Assembly (NCBI GenBank): GCA_003971905.1
Contig: RSEE01000048.1
Span: 434,001-498,000 of the forward strand
Direction: 5' to 3'
Origin: Moniliella sp. 'wahieum'
Lineage: Eukaryota
Length of the DNA stretch: 64,000 nucleotides
Program-made: the position numbers and the translations under genes
The notes under the pieces: model-generated
What the model was told of the DNA's origin: nothing
The model's database searches: none
What the model saw: the letters and a program-made list of their open reading frames with translations, nothing else
Shown: piece by piece, positions 52,450-64,000 of the stretch
How positions within the stretch are numbered: position 1 is the stretch's first letter
Layout: every line of letters starts with the position of its first letter

Positions 52450-54253
52450 GGCGGTGGCGGCGGAGGGCGGCGGCGGAGGAGCGGCAGCAGCAGAGGACGA
52501 GGCAGGCGACGGGTGGACGCAGACGCAGACGCAGGCGCAGACGCAGAAGCAGACGTAGAAGAGCCGCAGCCGCAGCCGGAAACACTGGCGAGCGCATCGA
52601 GGCCAAGACAGAGCCGAGCCGGGGCCGGGCGGGGGGATGGAAGGAGGAGCTTGCTATCCTCGACGTGTGTTCGAATGGCCTGTGTACTGCTGCTGCTCCT
52701 CCGTCATCGGCAGGAGCCGGAGAGAGGGTGACGTGCGTCGTCTATCACATGAAACGTTCCGGAACGTACGCTTTTTGCTGCCCATCGTACCTTGGTCCCA
52801 GCCACAACAGGCAAGCCGGCACAGCGCCAGTCTGGTGCGTTGCCTCGCCTCTGACTGCAAGTCCTTCTTTCAGGTCTGGGGCCTGCGGCGTATGCTGCAC
52901 CCAGCACACCCGAGCAAGTCAGCCCTCCGCCCAACAACCCGCCAGGTTAGGCCCAGTCGCCGTTCGGCCGCTCTACAGCGGCAAACCCTCGCGGGTGGCA
53001 ATTCAGTCGGATACGCAGTCCTCATCGGTGTCAATGAAGCTTCAAGCTTCAAGCTTCAAGCTCCAAGAGGGCCCGTGAGATGCCAGTCGCCGTCAAGGCG
53101 GCGAAGCGTAGCGGGGCAAAGCGGCCTTTTAGTTTCGCTACAGCAACCATCCGGACGCTATCGCACTTGTGGCCAACGCACCGTCACATATCGTCACACG
53201 TCACCGGGTAGGGGATTGGTTGCATGGCAGGGGCGCGCGACCTCGTTGCGGAGACCCGAAAAAGCTTTAAAACTCCTCAGGCCCCAAGCCGGAAGCTGGA
53301 AGAGGGGCCCGAACGGGACCTGGACTATAGGACGCCAGATGCGCCAACGTCCTGAACCACTGCACGTTGAACCGCCCCGTGACTAGCATGACTCGACACT
53401 GCGGCCGTTATTTGCTTCGCTTGCCACAGATTCCGCGGCCCCGACCCCGCAGTGGTGCAATCCCGGACATAAGTGCGGCTCCGGGCATAAGCATACCCCG
53501 CGCACCACAGGTGTACGTATGTATGCGAAGGGGGTGTACTTTAACCCGCGTCTGTCATGCCTACGCGGCGCGCTGAAGCACGCCAAAAAGCTCCGAAGCA
53601 CAGCGGACGACAGTAGGACACGGCAGTGGCCACGTCGGACGTAGAGGCGCGGTACACTTGGCTTCAGGCCGCAGGCCTGTAATAGACTTACTCTGTTCTG
53701 CACGCCCCCAACCTTAGCTACAGACAGGGTTACATGGTTACAAAGCAAGGCGTGCCCTGTCCGCTAATAGCCACGACTGTGAGGATGGATCATCGTCAAT
53801 GTTGAACGTTGATGACGCCCAATCTTCTGCTGTCCATATAGAGTGCACATGTCATTCCAGCCGAGAGCCATACCATAGTGCAAGACCGGAGGAACCCAAG
53901 GATTTGATTGGGTGGATAACCTCTGGAAATGTAGAGCAATGCAATCGCGGTGATAGTGGTTAAGGATTAAGCTGTCAGCCACACCTAGAGGAGACAGGGG
54001 TTCAAACAAGCCTGAGTATACGTGGAAGCTTCGGAGGTCAAGTAAAGGGCAAAGGGGGAAGGCGCCCTGGCCCATGTGGGCCGTGGGTTCCAACACACAG
54101 AACAGCACCTTATATAACAAGAAAATACCACACCGATTCACCCCGGACTGTAGTTTGCCGACGGACTGAAAGCGGGCGGGGAAGGCGAAGGCGAAGTAGA
54201 CGTGGAAGGCACAGCAAAGGCAGGAGAGCGCGCGCCAGGCCAATCCAACTCGC

Positions 54254-57200
54254 TCAGAGTGTGAACAGGAAGCGCAAGTCCGACACACTCAGCCGTCCCA
54301 TCGCGCTGTCGTCCTTGCCGATCGCAGCCTCAATCATGGCGCTCTTCTTGTTTTGTAGTTCGATGATGCGACTCTCAATCGAGTTCTCAATGATCAGCCG
54401 CTTGACCACAATCGGCCGGTGCTGGCCAATGCGGTGAATGCGGTCCATTGCCTGCGTCTCCACGACGGGTTCCACCACGGCTGACACGAGCCCAATCACA
54501 ATGTCAGTTCACTTCTCTCATTACGCGTCAAGGGCAAGGTACGCCAGAGGGTACTTACATCCATCAGATACACCCGGCTTGCCTCGACCAAGTTGAGTGC
54601 CACGCCACCTGCCTTGAGGGAGAGGAGGAGAACGGTGGTGTGGGTGTTGGCTTGAAAGTGCTTGATGGTCTTGTCTCGCGCTTCGGGGGTCATGGAACCT
54701 TCAAGGCGGCAGATGGAGAAACCAGCGCGTTGGAGCCGGAACGCAATCAGGTCCAAAAAATTAGTAAACTGACTAAACACAAGCGATTTGATCGTCGAAT
54801 CCTCCCGACGGAGCGAGATGAGCTCTTCGACCAACGCCTCAATCTTGGTTGACGACCGCCACTGATCCATGTTGAGACGGGAGAGGATGCCCTGCCGCGC
54901 AGTGTCGTACCCGACCGGCGGGGAAAGCGCCTCTTGTTCCAGATCAATCACAATCGTCGCATGGCAGTAGGGGCAGTCGTGGGCATGCGCGTGCGAGCCC
55001 GGTTCCGTGTCGAGATATTCGCGAATGCAGAGGCGGCAAAAGACGTGCCGGCACTTGGACAGGATCGGGTCCTCTGCCACATCCATACAGATCCTGCACA
55101 CTCGATTATTCTGCTCCGCATCATCGGCGAGCAGGTGCTGTTGAATTCCGGTTTGGGAGCGAAGCACCAGATCGGGGTGGTTGGCCATCTGACGCATGCG
55201 GGTAAGGAGGGTAAAAATGTTGCTGTAGTTGTTCAGTACGGTACCCTGGTTGAGATAGGTGGAGAATTTGCGGGTAGTGTCCTTGTACAAGCTTTCGTAC
55301 AGGTCTTCCTCCTCTTCGTTGAACTGGTCGCGCCGGACCAGAACCGTGCGAGGCGGCAATCCCATATCATCCGCACGCTCTAGTTTGGTACGGCGGAGCA
55401 TGATGTGCGCCAAGAGCGAGTGCAGACGACCAAATGCGTCTCGCCCCTCGCCCGAGTCGACGCCACCACGCTGAATGGGTTTGAGAATCTCACTGTTCCA
55501 GAAAGAGGAATGATGCATGGGCGTGTGGCCGCATTGGTCGCAGGAGCGCTTATCGCTAAAACCAGTGAAGTGACTTGCATTCGCATCGCAGGCAAAAGTA
55601 GAACGCGTAAGGGTCTGCCCCCAAGAAACGGATCATAGAGTAGAGCTCTCCCACTCGGTTCTGCAGGGGTGTGCCGGAAAGACACCACCGATAATCTCCT
55701 GACAGCTCGAACGCAGCCTTGGCCATGTTGGTGGTTCGCTCCTTGATGTTGTGCGCTTCGTCCAACACAATCCGATGCCAATGGGTGCTGTGGAGGGGGC
55801 TGTCTTCAAAAATAAGTTCGCCATTGCGCCTCCACCCTTTCACCTGCTTGCTGAACGATCGTTCCATCGTTTGGTAGGAGGTCAACACCACATCGTAGTT
55901 CTTGAGCTCGTTCGCATTCCGTTCGCGTTTGAGACCATGCCAAAGAAGGACATTCATCCCAGGCGTGTACTTGTTAATTTCGTTGCGCCACTGCATGATT
56001 GCGACCGTGGGAGCAACCACCAATGCTGGGCCTTTTTTCTCGTGATAGTCCGACATGAAGAGCCCGATCATCTGGATCGTCTTGCCTGCCCATCTCGTCA
56101 GCAAGAATACCACCGGCCCACTCCGACTTTTCCTGTTTGGTGAGCCAGTTGATGCCCTCGAGCTGGAAGGGAGTAGTTTGATCGTCATGCCTGGTGGCTG
56201 TTCAGCCTCTTCGACTTTCCGAACGGGGGATTGGGCGAGGTCCTCCCAAATGGTAGTTAACTCGGGGTGATGGGGCAACAACCGTTCGCGCAATTGGTCG
56301 TACCGGGACCGAGTATCTTTTCGCTTACGCGCTCGCTCTCGCCTCCGCCGTTGGATTGCCGTCTCATAGCGAATGTCCTCGGCCATCGAGCCACGAGCCA
56401 AAGGAACATCGGACAAGGCACCATCAGCAGCGTTCGGAGCATAGGCAGCGAACATGGGCATCACTGTCCGACTCGGAATCGACCTGACGTTGTTGCGCGT
56501 CATCAACCTGAAAGTCACTGTCGTCGTCATCGTCATCGTCTTGTTCGCTATCATCGATCTTGGCCTGTTTGGATGACCGCGTAGCACGCTTACGTGGAGG
56601 GGGGGGCGAGAGGGGGCCCAAATCACTGTCGCTCTCAGACTTGTACTTGCGCTTTTTCTCTTGCGGTGCGGTCCGTCCACGAATTGGGGAAGGCGCCTTG
56701 GCCTTTCCTTTCCTTTCGCTTTGCCACCATTTGGGCCATGTGGTGGCTGGGAGAGCGGCAAGGAGGAGGAGAGGCACTGGCTGATTCCTTCTTAACGGCA
56801 GATTTGGCTTTGGACCGAGTGGATGGAAGGGTAACTTGGAAGGCATCAAAACAGCATCAACCTCATCCTCGTCGGTAGTGTCGCCCTCCATGTTGGATTC
56901 GACGGCACCCGTCTCCTCTGCCTCCTCCACTCTTCCTCCTTCACCTCTCCTTGAGGGAGGGGCGCCCCTGCGACCAGAGGTAGACCGAGCGGGGTTACGA
57001 CGAGAAGCCTGGGCCGCTTGGCAGGTGTGGGGGGGAGATGCCTCCAAACCGTCGCTCGCCGGGACCACTACGGTGGCGGCAGCTGCAGTCTTGGCCGCAC
57101 CACGGCGGGCGGACGCACGGGTGGGCGGGCGCACAGGGACATGGCACGGAGAGACTCAGGGTCTGGGTCGGTGAGGCTGTCGGATTCGTCCACGACCACG

Positions 57201-57374
57201 AGGGAAGCCAGCTTGGCCGGCGGGGGGACGGCCGGAGGGGACGGGGAGGAGGCGACGGTGTGGGCCAGACTGGTTTGGCCTGTCGACGGCGGCGGCGGCA
57301 GGCGACGGTGTCTCCGACACGGCGCGCAGACGGGCGGAGCGGCGGGGCGCGGTGGCGGAGGCGGACACAGCCAT
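54254..57374 (-). CDS. RAD16: Nucleotide excision repair SWI2/SNF2 ATPase with RING finger
   Basis: [100 protein letters not shown] and [11 protein letters not shown]. Intron 54558-54481. Start codon inferred. Confidence 0.93.
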
Positions 57375-57864
57375 GGCGGGCGCGGCGGCGGAGGTGGCGG
57401 GCACAGAGAGAAGAAGACCAAAGCAGACGCCCAGAAAAGCGAAGACAGCGTAATAGCCCTGGCTGCTTCCAGCTTCACGCTTAATTACCTGAGCGGCTTA
57501 TCGCAACACTGCCGCGCTGCCGGGCGAGGATCGTGATCATCGACCGTCGGTATGCATACGCCGCAAACTAAGTTAGCTAAGCGCCGGTGCCAGCCGCGGC
57601 ACTTTAAGTAACGAGCGAACCAGCGCAGGCGGAACGCGTCACGCGCGTCGGCGCGTCACTGTGTCACACATCACACGCACATCACGCTCCTTCCAGCCCT
57701 TCCGGCTCACCGGTCATCGATCATCGGTCTCTGGCACCACGCTTCCGCATATCCGGCCAAGCCGCCTGTGCCTGCTTGGCTTCCAGGACTACGAGGGAGG
57801 GTGTGCTCGCTACAGGGTATGCATTCAGCCGGAGCGACCGGGCCGACCAGTCCAGCCCCGCGAG

Positions 57865-58992
57865 TTAGGACTTGATGATTTTGAGGCGCATCGACTTGTG
57901 CAGTCTGCCGCAAAGTGTCCACAGCCAGCGTCAGTAGAGAGCGCAGAGATGCGGGGAAAAGGCCCACTTTCACGCAAGTAATCCAGGTGCTTGATGTGCA
58001 ACGCAGCGTGCTGCTTCACCCCCTCCCCACTCCATATGCGGCGGCGGGCGTCGTAGCCAAAGACAACCGTGCGATCCGGCAGCCGGTCGAGCACGGGTGT
58101 GCTTGGCCCGGTGGCTGTGTCGAGCACGGGTGCTGGGGCTGGTCGCTGTGTCGTGGGTCGCGGGCGCCGCGATATCCGACCCGGTGGAACCAGCCACCTC
58201 CGCACCTTCCGACTGTCCATCTGGAAAGACCCACGCACGAGGGAATGTCAGTACACGACCCACACACAACACTGCCGAAAAGGCGAACCCAGTTGAAGTT
58301 CTTCGTCAACGCTTGCCTCAACATCTCCTCCACATCGTGGCCAGCAATGGGGTTGGGGTACACCGAGCATCCGGCCCCGATGGTGCAGTGGGAGGGAATG
58401 GCCATGCCGGGAGCGACAAAGCTGCGCACCTCAAATGTGTTGTTGGAGCCCACCGAGGCAGCTTCCACACCTGCAGGTGGCAATGGAGTCAGTCAAGTGA
58501 GTGCGTGGGCCTGCAGCAGCAGAGGGCAGAGGGGTCGAATGCTGAACACGTACGGGATCCACCTCAAGTAGTTATAATCGCCGATGCGAAGAATGCCAGG
58601 CCCCCTGTTTGAACCAGGCAAAATGAGGCAAGTAAGGTCAGGACTGGCCGGTCCAAAGAAGGAAGAAACACGACATACCGATTGATAATGACCGCTTCCT
58701 CCTCTACGAGGCAACCGGTGCCCAGGATAATGGGCGCGCCAAGCGCCAAGATGGATGCACGTGGATGCACAACAGATTGCGTGCCAATGCGTACGTTTCC
58801 CAGGATAACGGATTCCTCCGCAAGTGTCACTCGTGTGCCCACCGTGATCTTGTCGGCCAGCCATGCGGGGTCGTCTGGCGTCAGTCGGGGTAAGGGCGGG
58901 GCAGATGGAGACGCGGGGGCCGCATGATCGCTTGCGGCCGAGGGCGACACTTTGCGTGCCGGAGCAAAGAACTGTTCAGCACTAGCGGGCAT
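57865..58992 (-). CDS. DCTN6: Dynactin subunit 6 (p27), left-handed beta-helix
   Basis: ESVILGNVRIGTQSVVHPRASILALGAPIILGTGCLVEEEAVIINR, LRIGDYNYLEVG, VGSNNTFE..CTIGAGC, LPDRTVVFG and HLDYLRE. Introns near 58678-58605, 58553-58472 and ~57965-57905. Confidence 0.8.
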
Positions 58993-60288
58993 GCGCGTGG
59001 TTAGCTGGCGAAGAGACAGCGCGCGTATTGCGGAGCGGCGAGCTCACCTCTTGTTCATGCTCTGGCCCGGGCAACGATAGCAATGTGCGTGTGGCGCGCC
59101 CGCCCCAGCAATTGCGACAGCCGGCAGCAGCCAACCGGAATGCGCCAAGCGAGCCGGTGGATTACGTAACACCCGTATGCTCTTCCATCCACTGCAAGCT
59201 CCGCCGCCTTCTGTGACACTTGCTTCTGAAATCCCTTGAAAACTATCACTCACACTCAACACGTTCACTCCACCAAGGAAGAGGAGGCCTGAGGGGGTCA
59301 GCGAGCAGCCCCATCGCTCATGTGCTCATCTCTCTCGGCGGATCGAGCTCGTTCTTCGATCCTTCGCCTTCGTTGGCGCGGCCGATTCAGAAGCTGGAGA
59401 TGCGCACAAGCGTTTCCAAAAGACGTCTCTCTGTCAGCACTTGTTCGCAGCTCAAGCCGCCACTGGTCGAGAGCCCTGGCTCAGCCTCCCATCGTTGCGT
59501 TTGATCCATGCGGGAAACGTCGATACGCTCAGTTAATGCTGGAGTTCAACACGCTCAGCCTGTTGGTTCGCAGCCCGAGAGCCGACACGCACACGCAATT
59601 GCTGGTTCAATCTGCTGAGCTAGAGCACCCCATAGACGCTCTGTTGGTGACGATCGCAACCCTCGAGCCGGTGCTGATGCGCTGATGCGCTGATGACTTG
59701 GGTTCAAATGACCACGGTGGGTCCAGAGCTGGGCATGGCCGAGGACCAGCTGCTGATGGCCGCCGTCGTGACAGACAAGTCGAACTTGCGGCTGGGCTCA
59801 CTTGGCACGACGCATAACCGGCCTAACCATCCATAACCTCAGCAGCACCGGGCCGGGCACGGGGGAAGCGGGCGGGGCAGTAGGGTTGGCCCAGGGTTGC
59901 ACGTTGTTTGCGCTCACAGTTTAATTTGAGCTCGGGGCGCTGGCAGCAGGCAGGGGGCGGTTGGCGTTGAAAGTGGGCTGGTTGGCGTCGCACGGCGCCA
60001 GTGGCCGCACCCGGGAATAGAACCATGCTCCCAGCGCAGCGCCGCAGCCCAGCGCACCCCGTCGCGCTGCCCCTCCCCCCACGGGCTGCCTGGCCCGGGC
60101 CCAGCACGGCGCCAGTGCTCCCACCCCCCTGGTTTCACGGCGCTCGCTGTGGCGCATCGCATCGCACGGACCCCCCCCCCGACGCGCAGCAATAAAACCC
60201 ACTTTGCTTCCGCCCGCCGCGCCCACACCTTCTCCCCATCACCTCCCCCCCCTCCACTCCCCCTACAGCCACATCATACTCACTCACC

Positions 60289-61067
<779 letters not shown>

Positions 61068-61549
61068 TGATATTGACCAGCCAGCGCAATGACATTTACT
61101 GCACTACAAGGTCTAGTCATCTGGTCATCGATTATCCTGTTCCGGTAGTTATTTGCAGTCTCGCACGTTGCAGATCTCTTGTGTTTTGTTAGATCGGCTC
61201 TACACTGTGTGCCGTGTGCGTCGTCGCTGTCCTCTCAGGGAGCGGCACCACTGGATGGTAGCTGAGAAGATTTAGAACCCCATGGAATAGCCCAAACCGA
61301 TCGCGCTGAGATTAGGGGGCGCTGAGAAGGTCGGAAGATCGAGGTGCCGCAGCGCAGGTGGCACTATTGAATTGAGGCCTACTCCTCAGCCTGGGGGGCA
61401 AGGTGTGGCGCTTATTACGTCAGCATGCCCCATACCAACTCTATGATTAACGAATGAGCTCGGGCCACTTGCGCTTGAGCATGGGCAGGCAGCTAGTTCG
61501 TGCCTCTTCTCTCTTCCTCCACTCTTTTGATCGCTGCACCATCTTGACC

Positions 61550-62190
61550 ATGGCTCCCAAAGTCCTTCTCATTGCCGGCGATGCGTCGGAAGACTTGGAG
61601 GTGTACTACCCCTACCAGCGTCTGCTCGAGGAGGGTTACGCAGTCGACATTGCCGCGCCAAGCGTCAAAACGCTGCAGCTCGTTGTGCATGACTTTGTCT
61701 CTACCTTTGACACGTTTACCGAGAAGCCCGGTCACACGATCAAGAGCGACATGTACGTTGTTCCCTGGTGTGAAGGAGGGGATCGGGTGGCGGGCTGACC
61801 TCTTGGTTCGTTTTCCTGGGCAGTGCTCTTGACGATGTGAAGCCGGAGGAGTACGTGGCGCTCGTCGTGCCCGGTGGCCGGGCGCCTGAGTACCTGCGCA
61901 ACCACCCGGCCGTGCCTGGGATTGTTCAGCACTTTGTCCAGGCCAACAAGCCAATCGCGCATCTGTGCCATGGCGCTCTGATCCTTGCAGCGGCCGGTGT
62001 GCTCAAGAACGGCGTTAAAACGGCCGCCTACCCGGCGCTCAAGACGGACGTGGTCCTGGCCGGAGGTGAGTGGGACGAGCAGGTGCCGGTTGTGGACAAG
62101 AAGATTGTTAGTGCCCAGGCCTGGCCCGATCACCCGGCCTGGTTCGGCGCCTTCCTCGCTATCCTGCGCAAGGACGCGCCCCTCAATTAG
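61550..62190 (+). CDS. DJ-1/PfpI family protein (putative glyoxalase III/deglycase), prokaryote-like subtype
   Basis: KVLLIAGDASEDLEVYYPYQRL, VHDF..TFTEKPG, VPGGRAPEYLR, catalytic LCHG and AWPDHPAW. Intron 61753-61823 (GTACGT..GCTGAC..CAG) joins the frame cleanly. Confidence 0.92.
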
Positions 62191-62887
62191 ATCGGACCGG
62201 TCCAGCTCGACAGGCCTGCGGCGTTGGCCCACGTACCAGGTCCCGTACTCCTCTTAAGGGGGATACACCAAGTGGCAGTGTACTGAACGCCGGAAGTGAC
62301 ACGTGCGATGTGAGTTCGAGACGTCGGAGCTCAACCCACAGCTTATGAGATTGGAATTGGAATGCTCTCCCTGCTAAGAGCGCTAAGAGATGATTGGTGG
62401 GCGCTGCGTCGCGTGATATGTATATAGACACCACCTTGGTCATTTTATTTCCCCCCACGCCTGCACTCCTGCTATCTCCCATGGCCAGGTACTAGCGAGG
62501 AGTCCCTTCCAGAACAAAGACAGTGTCGCATCCCTACTGCCTGGCATGCCGGACCGCCGAGCTTGCCAGCTACATCCGCCACATGGTTCGTACTTTTCCA
62601 GAATCCTCATTGCTGCCTCAATTGTTACGACCAACGAGGCACGCGAACTGCAGAGTCAGATCCAGGCTATCAAACTGGCTGCACTTGGAGCTCTCTGCCG
62701 CATCCATCCTCTGTGCATGGTAGTGAACTGGCATGAAGATTTTCTCTCCAGACTGCCGGGCATATAACTCACTCGCTCACTACTTTCGTTGATGGCAGGG
62801 CCATGGGAATGTTGGAATGCGTCGATTTACACACATACAGAGCTCTGTTCTTCCAAGTGTGCACTGGTATCCGCTTAAGCCCGAGTC

Positions 62888-63707
62888 TCAGATCTCACCT
62901 TTACCCAGCGGTCTGAACTGGTGGTAGTACGCGCGCAATCGTGCTTCACATGTGGTAGGAAAGACTCAGGCAGGCTAGCGATTTGGCGTCCTGAGAGGTA
63001 TGGAAGTCGGTTAGTGGTTGTGACGGCAGCACGGACAAAGGAAGGACGGTGGTTGCGCACCCGGTGAGCCTGCCCATACAGTCAGACTGGAGACCATGGT
63101 ATTGGGGCGAGAATGGTGCCGTCTAGGATGACGGCCGAGTCCTTGATATAGCACCACCGCCCCACCACGCAGTTGCGGCCAATGTCGACATGGCTTCCAA
63201 TCGCCGAGGCCTGGATGATGGAGCCAGGCCCGATGCGGACATAGTCCCCCATTTTGAGGGCAAAATAAGAAAAGGAGCCCTTGTAGGTCTTGTACGGCGG
63301 GCGGAGAATGCTGCCATCGTCAAAGAGACAGTACCGTCCGGTGGAAATGACGACGCCAGAGCGCTGCTGGACGGCGGCAAGAGCAGCAGCTCGTTGGGCA
63401 GCTTGCTTGGTCGCCGCCGTTCCCGCCCCGTCTGCGGCCGTGTGAGCTAGGCTGCTGGCGGGTGGGGCGGCAATAGGCCGTTTGAGGTCACCACGAAGAA
63501 TGACACCCGCCTTGATAATGCACCGGCCACCGAGCATGATGTTGCTGCTGCCTTGGATCACGGCACGGCGAGAGACCTTGTTCCGGGTGGGGTTAGTGAT
63601 GACATACTCGGCCACATGGTACGCTGGCACCTGCTCCGCCCACGATGCATGGTCCGACAGACGGCAGCAGCGGAAGCCATCGGGTGCTGGGATACCGCCA
63701 TGGCCAT
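62888..63707 (-). CDS. DCTN5: Dynactin subunit 5 (p25), left-handed beta-helix
   Basis: EYVIT..NKVSRRAVIQGSSNIMLGGRCII..ILRGDL, GRYC..LRPPYKTYKG.FSYF.LKMGDYV.IG, IGSHVDIGRNCVVG..IKD and WAGSPG. Intron ~63060-62991. Start uncertain. Confidence 0.88.
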
Positions 63708-64000
63708 ACACACTGTGTTTGAGGCAGGCGTGAGGGCGAAGGGATAGAGAGAACAGTGAGAGGGTCAGGGCACTGCGAGGGGGGAGATGGTGCGCGTGGT
63801 GGCTTCAGGACTCCGGCCTACAGAATGCGCTTGCCTGGTGGTGGGGACCCTTTGTGGGTGCCCTGCAATCCTCCGTTCATTAATCATTGCCCGCGCCAAC
63901 CCGCCCTGGAAATTTGTCCCAGGGGCGTAGGAGGTGGAGTGCAGTGCTTGCCAGGGTCCTGGGCATGGGATGTTAGTACTTAGTACTTGGTATAAAAAAG

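Noticed and set aside
59560..59632. tRNA-like start (minus strand GGGGTGCTCTAGCTCAG)
   Set aside because: There is no T-arm (GTTCRA) at the correct spacing and no acceptor-stem closure.

Overview
GC-rich, intron-poor fungal chromosomal DNA, most likely a basidiomycete (Ustilaginomycotina-like; this is inferred from protein sequences, GT(R)NGT...CTRAC...YAG introns and gene density). Nearly every conserved gene carries single-base indels, so the assembly looks unpolished and reading frames had to be stitched by eye. Recognisable genes are the CTP synthase 3' end, a TMEM41/Tvp38 protein, ATP7, a CaM kinase, VMA9, UDP-galactopyranose mutase, FOX2, a DUF2985 protein, ARB1, an NCS1 permease, a Zn2Cys6 factor, RAD16, dynactin p27, TPI1, a DJ-1/PfpI protein and dynactin p25. 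The most striking feature is a complete Ty3/Gypsy chromovirus (Gag-PR-RT-RH-IN-chromodomain, 6942-12706). Its two apparently identical 181-bp terminal repeats are INVERTED rather than direct, yet it keeps a PPT, a Tf1-type self-priming site and a near-perfect 5-bp target duplication. Other notable items are a degenerate LTR-less sister copy, a separate 985-bp solo-LTR/TIR element, a duplicated 117-bp MITE-like unit, an actinobacterial-type DJ-1/PfpI gene with one intron sitting right behind TPI1, and many intergenic 7-bp 'palindrome+1' tandem repeats.
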